From Rhodosorus marinus CCMP1338 (lineage: Eukaryota; Plantae; Rhodophyta), in assembly GCA_029953675.1 (NCBI GenBank), contig JAMWBK010000008.1:558001-622000 (forward strand): 64,000 nt of DNA, written 5' to 3'. A program made the position numbers and the translations under genes. The notes beneath the pieces were generated by a model. That model was given only the letters and a program-made list of their open reading frames with translations, made no database searches and was not told where the DNA came from. The number at the start of each line of letters is the position of its first letter. Position 1 is the stretch's first letter. Positions 37,991 to 48,614 of the stretch are shown here, piece by piece.

Positions 37991-38206
37991 GGAGGGAGGG
38001 GGAAGGGTCTTATCGAGCAGAAAGTTTTTTCAGAACGAACGACTTTGGAGGAACGTTTGGATGTGTTTTTGTAATGTTATCGTTATGATCGGGTCTAGTT
38101 GAAAAAGCTGTTTGCGAGTGTGAGATTCTTGATCGACTTTTTGAGGAATAAAGGGTTTTTTGGAGTTTGTTTACTTGTTCCTTAAGAGTGTTTTTGTATT
38201 TGAAGA

Positions 38207-39857
38207 ATGTCGTCATCAACGGAAGTTACGAAGGAGAGTGTAGCGGGGGCTGAGGAGGAGAAAGAGGTTGAGGAGAGTGAAAGTAAGGTTGAGAATGGGG
38301 ATGCCGGGGGTGGTGAGGATCCCGAGGTGAATGCGATAACTGAAGGAGTTGAACAGACTGATGTGGATTGGGCAGAAGAGGACGAGGATGAGGAGGTGGA
38401 GGAGGAGGAGGAGGAAGTGACGGGTATTGATAAGGGTGATCGGACTGCGGAGGTTCAAGTCCTTCAGTCCAATCCGAATACACCTTATTATTCAGCTACG
38501 ACATTTGAAGAACTGGGACTTTCTCCTGAACTCATGAAGGGCTTGTACGCAATGAAGTTTAACAAGCCGTCGAAGATTCAGGCGACGTCCCTCCCGATGA
38601 TCTTCGGAAAGGAGAGACAGAATCTCATCGGGCAGGCTCACAACGGATCCGGAAAAACCGCATGCTTTGTCCTAGGAATGTTGAATCAAGTCGATTTCTC
38701 AAACCCAGCACCCCAAGCACTCTGCGTTGTGCCCACTCGAGAGCTCGCCAGGCAAATCCATGACGTGATTATGGCCATAGGAAAATTCACTCAAGTCAAA
38801 GTCTATGAGGCGGTTTCTCTTCCAGAGGAAGAACGTGTTCATGTAGGTTCTGCCCGCACTTCAAGCTGAAAAGGATGCAGCCGTTTGCACGGAAATCTGT
38901 TTGGCAGTTTCTTAGCCTTGGTGTTTCTGTGTATTTTTTAGAGTGTTAAGATAGACGCTCACATAGTCGTTGGAACACCTGGACGGGTGAAAGCGTGCGT
39001 TAGCCGGAGGGAGCTTAACACGCGTGCTATCAAAGTTTTCGTTTTGGACGAGGCCGATCAGATGGTTGACGAGCACAACTTTGGAGAGGACACGGTAAGA
39101 ATCAAAAAATCGCTACCGAGGGATGTCCAAACGCTGCTTTTCTCGGCGACCTACGATGACGTCGTGCGAGCCCTCGCGAAGAGAGTCGCGCCGGACGCGA
39201 ATATGATCACCGTCAAGCGAGAACAGCTCTCCCTCGACAGCATAAAGCAGTACTTCTTCAGATGTCAGAACGCCGACGCCAGATTCGACGTGCTCTCCGA
39301 GATCTACGCAAGCTTGTCACTTGGACAGTCTGTTATCTTCGTTCGAAAGAAGGATACAGCCAAGAGCCTTGCCGCTCAACTTCGAGCGGATGGCCATACC
39401 GTCTCCCTCCTCTATGGGAACCCAATGACCCCCGACGAGCGTGACCGAGTAGTCGATGAATTTCGTGCTGGTACAACCAAGGTACTTTTACAAAATCTAT
39501 CTACTTCTCCTCGAAAGCTGTCTTTCTTAAGAATCATTTCCTCAATCAACTCTGCTTCCTGTCCAACAGGTTCTGCTCACCACCAACCTACTCGCCCGCG
39601 GAGTTGATATCCCTCAGGTTACTGTTGTCATCAACTACGATATGCCTACTGACAAGTTTGACCAGGAACCGGAGTTTGATACATACATGCATCGAATCGG
39701 TCGTACTGGAAGGTTTGGTAGAAAAGGTATTGCGATCAACTTTGTGTACAATAGCTTCTCTTTTCGAATACTGAAGGAGATAGAGACCTTCTACAAGCAT
39801 ACCATTGAGGAGGTTAAGGACGTTGAGGATTTGGAGGAGAAGATCAAGAATATTTAG
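38207..39857 (+). CDS. DBP5: DEAD-box RNA helicase DBP5/DDX19 (mRNA export); exons 38207-38842, 38942-39481, 39570-39857
   Basis: Q motif [69 protein letters not shown]. Confidence 0.95.
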
Positions 39858-42835
39858 GAGGTCGTAGGCTCTTTCCCTTCCGCGTGTGCAGAAGAGAGCC
39901 GGTATTTTTTGATTTGGGTTTCATGTGGGAGACTCTTCTGTGTAGACTTTACTGGACCACAGGGGTCAAACGGCGTTGCAGGAGAGTGGATGGTCTGCTC
40001 TGACATTGAACAGCATGTTTAACAAACTACACTATCGGATTCTGACAGAAGATTCAGCTTTCCAGACCCCCCCTCCTCATCCCCCCAAGCTCGTCCGCTC
40101 GACTGCGCGCAACACTTAAAATGCTTTCTCGAACGCACTGAGTTGGTGCTCGAGAGGCTTCGTCAGTTAAATCCTTGTTGATTGAAAAGAAGCGAACTCC
40201 CAAATCGTTAGAGTCTCACTACTGGCACTAGGGAAACTGAATGTGCTTTGTTCTTAAGCTCTTGCCATGCCGCTGCACCGTCAGCGATTGAGCGACCAGA
40301 GCACGCCGCGTCTGTTGGTGACGTTCATGAGTCCAGAGTTTGCGGGGGCATGGTAGGTAGAGACTCCGTGGATTCAGTTACTCTTGCAGCGCAGGGAATT
40401 TTACAGATACCTAAGATCATGTTCTGAGATCCGGATACCAATGAGGTTCAGCTACAGGTTTCGCGCGCTGTCGGTGTAAATCCTCCTCGTTGCACCGAAA
40501 GTCAAGCAGCTGACCTCATCCGCTCTAATCTCGGGGTGAGTTAACAAGTACCTAGCCTGGCAGTACGGTGTCTTCTGGGAGACCCGTCTGTTGTACTAAT
40601 AAATCATATAGAATAAAAGCTCCGTCCACTTCTGGGAGCCGCATCTGAGAGATTCCCTAGCTGCCCCAAAACATACATCAACCACATCCTTCCCAACCAG
40701 ATGACAAGATTCCGTGGTCAGATACTGCGGCAAAGACGCAGAACACGCGCCCCTGAAGCGTTCCAAGCTTAGCCCGATCAACAAGCTCTGTTCACTATCT
40801 CGAGGGAGTGCCTGGGAGAGGGGGGAGGGGAAGTGTTACCACCCAGGACGAAATACTCGTAGGATACCCTCCCACAACCTACTTGGCAAAGTTTTGTTTT
40901 TGGACATTAAATCACGATGAGAGGAAAGCGGTCTCCAAACTCCTCCTACCCCAGAGTAGTTACCCTCCTCACCCTCCTCCCTCTCAGCACCCTGACCACA
41001 AAAGTTCTAATCCTTTCCATTTTAACGGGCCATTTCTCAGCAAAAATTTCATCATCTCAAAGCGCGATGCTGATATTCCTTTTTAATATAAATAAAATGG
41101 AAGACAACCCCCAAAATTACCGACCGTTCATTGAATTTCTTCATAAAAAAAGATTGAACCATGGCAATATTATTTGAATATTTTATAAATACGAAACACA
41201 AGAATATGTCCAACCAATGGTCGTGTGAGAACTATCTTGGCCATAAAATTTCTTCAAAAACATAGGAGATCAATGTATCATGGGAATCTCTTGAGCGATC
41301 CTAGTTTTGTGTCTCGGGAATTTTGGATTTGAATTGGAGTAGAAAGCTTTTGGCCGGTTTTTTGGAGGGCCTTAAAATAATTGTTTTCTATATATATATG
41401 AGTACCTTCCTACCCCTCTCAGATTTGTTCTTTGGGTATAATTTGTTTTATAATTCTACAGAATATCCGCAAATTTGTTGTAAAATATTGTTGAGGGAAA
41501 GGGGGGGGAAGGAAAGGGCGAAGAGTGTGATTGGAGAATTGACGAGATACTGGATGATGCTCCATTTCCAGAAGAGATTCGTAAACGGTTGCGAATTAAC
41601 TTTAAAAATTGAAAAAGAATAGATTACCCCTAAAACGCTTTTCAAATTCATTTTCTGACCCAAAAAATAAGGTCTGATTTATTTTTACTGCTTGAAGAAC
41701 TGTCTCATATTGATACTTTTAGGGGGGGATAGATTTAGACAGAGTTAGCCTCATTTTAGTACACATGACCGGCAGCAAGAGGAATCATTTTGGCGCGGAA
41801 AATTGTCAAGTATATTCAAAATCGAATAATATTCAATCTTTATAGAAAGTAAAATACTAGATAAACAAAGCCTTCAGTCAATAAAGTATTCCTCGATGAG
41901 ATTTTGTTGCGCGTTATCGAATGATTTTTATTCATTACAAAATCGAACACTCCAAAAGTTACTGCAATATAACATGTGGTGTCCTTTGTACGTGAGACGT
42001 AAGCACTAGTCAAGTCCGCCTTTTTGTGTCGTCCACGCTTTGTTTTTTTTCTTTTTTCACCCCTACCCCTCAAAATCCGCACCCAAGATTTTGCTGAGCG
42101 GAGAAAATCTACCAGACCCCAGCAAGGTTCCAAATTTTTCGTGCTCGATTGTGTTTTGTGTATTAAAAACGTCAGATGGTGAGTTTGATAGACGTTCATC
42201 TAAGGGTGTTGTACGAATGTTCGTATTTAAGTGTGCATTCCAATGCATGGGACGAAGAATTTACGAAGATGGTTTTTAAGGGGGGTAGCAGGGGAGGGGG
42301 GAGGTTGGGGGGTTAACGGAGGACTACTATTCCTTTCGGTGGGAGCTGATTTAGGGGGTTTAGGAAATTTTTGTTTGTTGAGGTTTTGGTATATTATATT
42401 GTCGTGCGTTTTGAGGGTGTTTTTTGGTAGTTGAGGTGAGTTGGAGGGGTTACGGTATGTTAGTGGTGAAAAGCTTGGTTTGTAAAAGAAGGGGCGTTTG
42501 CGCGCTGTTAGGTGGGTAGGGAACTAGAGGAAGTGGTTGGAGAAGGGCCTAACTTTTAAGCCTGAGAATGTTGCTGTAGGGCGGGGTGGGGGGGAGAAGT
42601 TTGTATTATTGTCATTTGTTAGAATAAGTAGAAGGACCATGGAACCTTGGCTCTGAGCTCTGCGCTGAGCCGCGGGGAGGGTGTTAACGAACGTGTTTTT
42701 GCGTGTCAAGGTGGTCCGGTTGGGTTTTTAGTGTTGGGTTAGTTTGGGGGGCCCCTTTTTGGTGGATTTTGAGAGCGCAAGGTTGGGATATGCTGAGTTC
42801 TCCTGTTCCCATACGCACTTTCTGAGCTGTAGAAG

Positions 42836-43615
42836 ATGAAGTTCCTCGAACACAGTGGACTTGCCGACTTGGAAATGAAGTTGTCCGGCCTCGAGGTTGG
42901 AGACTTCGTTTTGGACTCGAAGTTTGAAGCTTACTCTTGTAGGTTGCCGCAATTCCTTCGACAAGCTTCTCTCCCTTGGGAAGATTTGATGCTGAACTCC
43001 CAAAATCCTTTTGATTTTGCAGGCAAGCTTGCGTTGGGTGACAAAGAACTCTCCAAAAGCTTGGACCGCCGGTTCAACGAGGAGATGGAACGGTCTCAGA
43101 GGTCGCCGCAGTACCTTAGTTTGTCTCCCGTCGGCCCTTTAACGGACTCAACCTCGAGGAGAACATTATTAAATTTGATATGCACCCTGAACGCTGCATA
43201 TCCGGACTACGACTTCAGTACTTTGACCTTGGACTGTCTCACGCGAGAAAAAAGCGTGGAGAGCGTAGTGAGAAGAATTGACTCAAACCTTGAACAGGTG
43301 TACAAGTGCCTCGGTCAGTCTCTTCGAACAGCCCTGTGGACGGCCATTGACGAAGTGATCGCTCCGAATGACTGCGAAATATACAGTTATGTCTCTGACA
43401 ACGAGGAGACTCCATTCGATATGGAGTTTGAAGTGTGGTCCACGCACTTGTTTTTCTATAACAAGCGTCAGAAGAAGGTCTTGTTGATGTCGCTCTCGGC
43501 ATACAATCGTTTTGCTCTGGAGACGATTGAAGAAGAAGAAGTCGACGACATGGAGTTCGAGATGGACGGCATGGACGACACCGTCGGGTCCAGAACGCCA
43601 GCATTGGCTTACTGA
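42836..43615 (+). CDS. MAF1: MAF1, repressor of RNA polymerase III; 84-nt in-frame intron 42939-43022
   Basis: MKFLE, EAYSCK after splicing, GPLTDSTSRRTLLNLICTLNAAYPDYDFS, LWTAIDEVI, CEIYSY, VWSTHLFFYNKRQKKVL, and an acidic tail. Confidence 0.96.
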   Translation: MKFLEHSGLADLEMKLSGLEVGDFVLDSKFEAYSCRLPQFLRQASLPWEDLMLNSQNPFDFAGKLALGDKELSKSLDRRFNEEMERSQRSPQYLSLSPVGPLTDSTSRRTLLNLICTLNAAYPDYDFSTLTLDCLTREKSVESVVRRIDSNLEQVYKCLGQSLRTALWTAIDEVIAPNDCEIYSYVSDNEETPFDMEFEVWSTHLFFYNKRQKKVLLMSLSAYNRFALETIEEEEVDDMEFEMDGMDDTVGSRTPALAY

Positions 43616-43703
43616 GGGGCTTGGCGTAACCCCCGCGTACCGAGCATAGATCTCGGAAGTTGCAAGCTGCGAAACAAAATTTGCTTCGCACGATGGCAAT
43701 ACC

Positions 43704-43780
43704 AGCGAACGGGCTTTTCTGGTGAAGGCGTAGAGTTTTTAGCTCTGACGGATAAGCGGGTTCGATTCCCGGCGTTTGCT
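43704..43780 (+). tRNA. Non-canonical tRNA-Lys(UUU)-like cloverleaf (tRNA pseudogene or tRNA-like ncRNA)
   Basis: Acceptor (A)GCGAACG/CGTTTGC(T); D-arm GCTT/AGGC with loop TTCTGGTGA; anticodon arm TAGAG-TT[TTT]AG-CTCTG; T-arm with perfect B-box GGTTCGATTCC; TTTT at 43780-43783. Deviations: no U8, G.G mismatch at the base of the T-stem, 8-nt variable loop. Confidence 0.62.
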
Positions 43781-46484
43781 TTTCAATAATACTGTCCAAA
43801 CATCTCGGCTGTGTAGTGTCTTGATCTTTGGGTGTCCCTATAAATAAAACAAAAAATCTTCGACGTGAGAAATGGATTGAAGGCATTAGTCTCTTCGTGC
43901 TCGCATGATTGTCCCAGTCGATCCCAGCAGTTGGCAACGTCCAATTTCACTTGCACCACTCCGTCCCTTCCCCAGCAGAGTCATCTCAGATATGAAGCTG
44001 AGGCAAACATGGACCATTTTTCCACCGAAGATAGTGACCCGAGTCCAAAACCAAGCCCTTGTAGTGCGTAGCGCTTGAAACCAACTGCCGATCCGGTGGC
44101 ACGCTTTTCACCTTAGGACTAGTCCGTGCGTTGGACCCGCTTGAGCACGTGTATACTCAGCAGTCGGGTTGCCCGAAAGCGGGGACAATGAGGCATTTAA
44201 CCCTCCCCAATTTTTTGACACTCACTTGAACTTGCAGTACTGTGCCAACGCGAGCTTCAGAATGTGACAGGGGTCCAGTACCTGACTTGGAACGGTCCAA
44301 ACTAGAATACCCATCCGTGGCTACCACATGGCAGCCGTCAGAAAATCAACCGGCACATCCTCCAAGCGCTCAGTCGAACGTTCGCTGGTAAAACCAGAGT
44401 GTAGCCAGTCCTCACCACGACATTTTGCACTCGTCAGTCACCGACAATCATCTTCAGAAAAAAAAGAAAAAAGGAAGATCTACTCCTCATCTCCAAGGCG
44501 ACACGATCCCGCTCTCAAACACAACCACAGGCAGCCAGCAATGACACATCACTCCTATACCGGACATCTGCCGACTAGATAACGACCGACTCAAAACTCA
44601 ACCCAAACTAACCACCTTCACAAATCAGTCAAAACCTTCGCTATCCATCGAAATTTCTCTGATCAACGGGAAAATCCTTGCGGATCAACAATATCCACAT
44701 TGAACGTTTCCCATAGGTACATCTCTCCGACCCTCCTACCCCTTCCCCAACTTAACCATCTATCAAAAGCCTATTTATACATCGACCCCAGAAAGAGTTT
44801 CCTGTTCACCCGGCCGTCAGCCGCCCGCACAGTACGGAGCGTTGAAATTATATCAAAGTTTCACATCCACGAACAAAAAAAGCTAAGCGAAAGTTATCGC
44901 AACCAAAGAAATGGGACAGTTTTGTCGGAAGCTACCAGTGGGAGTCAAATATTCATAAAATGAAAACTTTGTGAAGGCCAGTTTTCAAGTGGCCAATATT
45001 TTCGCTCCAAAAGGAAGGGGTAAGGGATTTGTCCCAAGAATTTTCGCCAACATGGGACAAGAAAATTGAAATAGATGTGAAAGTTCAATGATCAATAACG
45101 GGGATTCTTCCCTGTATGCCAAGGTTAGAAAAGGTTGCCGATACAGAAGAGACCCTTCCTCACGAAGGAGATCAGAGATATTCATCATGATATAATCCGA
45201 GACAACAACCCTGAAGGGAAGAAAGCTAGGCTAGAGAGACAGAACCGGGCTCCAAAAACTAACACGGCATCATAACGCCACAGGATAAAACTAAACGAAG
45301 AGAGGGAAACGCGAGTGATTCTCATCGCGATCGCAAAAACAGTCCCGAAACCATACCGCCCCCGGAGCTCTCAACTAAGCCGAAGACCTCGACGATCGAA
45401 TAAGGTCTGCGGAACAGGGCGGTCTGACACGCCGGATTTCAGGGTGGTCCATTCGTGGTACACAAACTCCTTGTGGCGCCGTAAGATTCGAGCATCTTCA
45501 CCATTCACAACGCACTCGAGTGAAAGACAACAAACAACGCGAAGCAAGAGGGCAGGGAAGAGTCAGATCAAGATCAGTTTTACAAAGACCGGCCACGTCC
45601 TGACGCAAGATCAGCAAGTCTTCCGGGGAACCAGAAGGGACTTCGAATAAAGTTCCGGATTTCAGAATCATCAGTATGGTGGTCGATGAGGCGAGGCACT
45701 GGGAGCCGCTGCTCCGTGGCAATCTCTGCACCCTGAGGTGGGCCTCAACGGGTGATATAGAAGACGATTGATTGGGGATGGTGGCGCGTTCTGGCACCTT
45801 TCACTGCCAGACAACTCGCGAGCTGGTGAGCTCCATGGTTGCCGAGGGTTTGCCCGGAACAAAACTTTGCAGTGACCATACTCAGGACCAGACCAAAGCG
45901 ACAGGTCGACCCCAAGTACAGACGGAAGCATGTGCGCAACTCAAAGTCGGCGAGGTCTAACACTTGATGAGCCGGGGTGCTCGTCAGCCATAGAGTGCTC
46001 AAAACGTTCCTCGAGCTCCGCAGCCGCCACGTCTGGTCGTTACGAGATGGCTCCAAGGAGGAAAAAAGCACGGCGTTGATGTCCCTGATCTCATTTTGGG
46101 CAAGGTATTCTTCTATGTTGGCGGACGTATCGTCACCAGTTTATGCGAAAAAATTCAACCAATTCCATCAACCGAAGAGGTATCTGAACGCTCCTCACTT
46201 CTTTAAGTAAGACCTACGAAGCTTTTTGTTGCCAACTGGGGTTTTGTATCATTGATGGGATTATTATTAATTTTTTTTGTGTAACGGCAGTGAATTTTGT
46301 CTTGTTTTGAGTTAAGTTTTAGCCGATTTTTGGTTGTGAATATGAAGTTTAGATGATGAGGGTTTGAGGTTGGGATACGGACTAGGGTTGGACGGGAGTG
46401 TGGATCCGAGAGAGTAAAGAAGAAGAGTTCGAGTATCTTTCAATGCGTGTCTGGCTTCTGAGTATAGCAGACTAAATTGAAATA

Positions 46485-47231
46485 ATGGCGTTTGCTCTCT
46501 CCAATGGAGTGGTTCGAGTGAGGAGCGGAGCGCGGGTTTGTAGAGGGCATGGAGATGCTTCCCAGTTAGCGCCACGTCCGGTTTTGAGGAGCGCCGACCT
46601 CACCCGAATGGGTGCGGAGGAGAGCGAGGGATTCCAGGGTTATCCAGAAGTTGATCCTGTGGTATCCCCTGCTCCGCCGGCTGATGTCGCAGCGGTGACT
46701 CCGGAGCAGTATGCCAACGGCCGAGCTTTGAGCAGGTTGGGATGGTTGGCGTGGTGGTTGGAACTTCCACTCTCGATGACCACCGCGGCTATTATTGCGT
46801 TTGCTCTTGTTACGAAAGGTAGCGCCGTGAGCGCTGCGGTGAGTGCAGGTCTCGTTTTTGCAGTCGCTGCTGTGGTTACGTGTTTGATTTCCATCATTGT
46901 TGCGTGGGCCTATGCAGCTATGGGCAGAAGGATAATGGCGGGCAAGAAGAGCTTCCCCGCTTCGAGATTAATTTGGTTTGGCTTGTTCCTTGCCTTCATC
47001 GGTATCATACTTTCTCTTTTAGGCGTTCAGATTATTGTCGGCACCACCCTTGGGAAGGCCCTCTCAAGTGGTTTATCCTCCTCAAACGTTGTTCAATCGG
47101 TATCGGCCGTAACTGCTATCGATCTTCTGGTCATCCAAGGTTGCGTTAATGCTCTGATGTCGCAATTTATTGCCATGACTATCGCAATGAACCTCTACAC
47201 TCGATTCCATAAAGCGATTGCAACAGACTGA
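46485..47231 (+). CDS. TIC21: TIC21/PIC1-like (DUF3611) plastid inner-envelope membrane protein, intronless
   Basis: MAF-type transit peptide and 4 hydrophobic segments with RLGWLAWWLEL, LLGVQIIVGTTLGKAL and AIDLLVIQGCVNALMSQF, matching the DUF3611 pattern. Confidence 0.83.
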   Translation: MAFALSNGVVRVRSGARVCRGHGDASQLAPRPVLRSADLTRMGAEESEGFQGYPEVDPVVSPAPPADVAAVTPEQYANGRALSRLGWLAWWLELPLSMTTAAIIAFALVTKGSAVSAAVSAGLVFAVAAVVTCLISIIVAWAYAAMGRRIMAGKKSFPASRLIWFGLFLAFIGIILSLLGVQIIVGTTLGKALSSGLSSSNVVQSVSAVTAIDLLVIQGCVNALMSQFIAMTIAMNLYTRFHKAIATD

Positions 47232-48614
47232 GTTTTAAAACTCGACCACCCTTATCTTCGATCGTCATCGTGCGCCCAAAACCTGCGTACAGATCTTATC
47301 AAATTAAAGCAAAGCGTTCTCAAGTCCTTTAGTGCATCGCCTTCATTACAGCATGACCTGTAAGTGTACAAGAGGGCGCTTGCTTTCAAGCATCGCCAGA
47401 CGAGGAGAAATCAAATGATTTTGGCTGCGATCAGCATGCGAGAGGCCTGTCTCGGACACAAGAGTCGTTAGGCTATGAGCTGTATCGGTACGTTCCTCAG
47501 AAACTATGTGGAGTACTGGTCCACACCCCAAGAATGAAGCCTAATCTCCACGCAATGCTCATGAGCTCAAAAAAGTCGATGCGAACCTAAGAAAGCAGAT
47601 TCGTGGATGTGTGGAGAGCTAAACAGCATCAACGATTTCCATTTTGCTAAGTCGAGTAGTGACAGGTCCTATTGCGTAGCAAAGAAGCAGGAAGCTAGCA
47701 ACACGTGGCTAATGGGTTGGAAATGAGGCAAGACCCATCGAGAAAGCCAAGAACGCTGTTCAAAGCAAACGTTTCACCACGGAACTTTTGCGCGGGTAGC
47801 TCTCTCCAACCAGCTGGGTACCCAAACGCTGCTGAGAGTGCGCTGTGGACACGGAAACGACGTTATTCAAGTCACGTAGTAAGTACCTGATTGTACACAC
47901 GAGACATGCACCCAACTTCACGAGTGGGTGCCTGCTGTCAACAGCCACAACCATGTCTACCGAACCCACCCTGAAGTCAAACCACTTCACTGGAAACACC
48001 AAAATAATTAGATAGATTCCCACTACTCCACCATTTTACTACATTTAAGCCAATCAAATATTCTAAGAGTAGAAAAAGAAGATCCACCGCCGTGGACCAG
48101 GCCTTAAAAATCCCTGATCTCAGTCCATCTCCATCGATTTTTCTTCCATTAAACAACATTGAGCTTGAGATTTGTATTTTTTCAAGGTTCGAAAGGAAAA
48201 AACAACGAAGAGCCGAAAGTCAGAAATTGAATATTTGATATAAATAGCCGCCTTTTTGGCTAAGATCTTTGTTTTTGGGATCAATAGTTCGTTTGGCCGT
48301 GAAGTTTGGGAACATTGGTTGGGATTGAAAAATTGAATAAAAGTTTGGGCCGAGGTTGGGTATCATAGGCCAGTCTCGTATGGGATCGCGGTCGGAAAGA
48401 TTAAGAGGTTGTGGAGGTAATTAAGAGGGTGAAGGGAAGAGAGGTGAGATGGCTTTTAGGTACGGTCTGGAGTTCGGAGGGAAATGTTTGGATGGGATGG
48501 GTGGGGTTGGGTGGTGGATGGGGGTGAGGATGGTTGTGTATTGGATTTTGAGAGGAGGGTTGGAAAGGACAGATTTGTTTTAGGGTTTTGATCCGCGGTT
48601 TGGGATTTGTGGGG

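Noticed and set aside
11167-43022. Apparent excess of stop-free 3n introns (GT71 81 nt, PH kinase 126 nt, MAF1 84 nt)
   Set aside because: 3 of about 30 inferred introns is roughly the chance expectation (one third times the probability of no stop in 27-42 codons).
43239-43937. 232-aa and 138-aa minus-strand ORFs
   Set aside because: Antisense shadows of MAF1.
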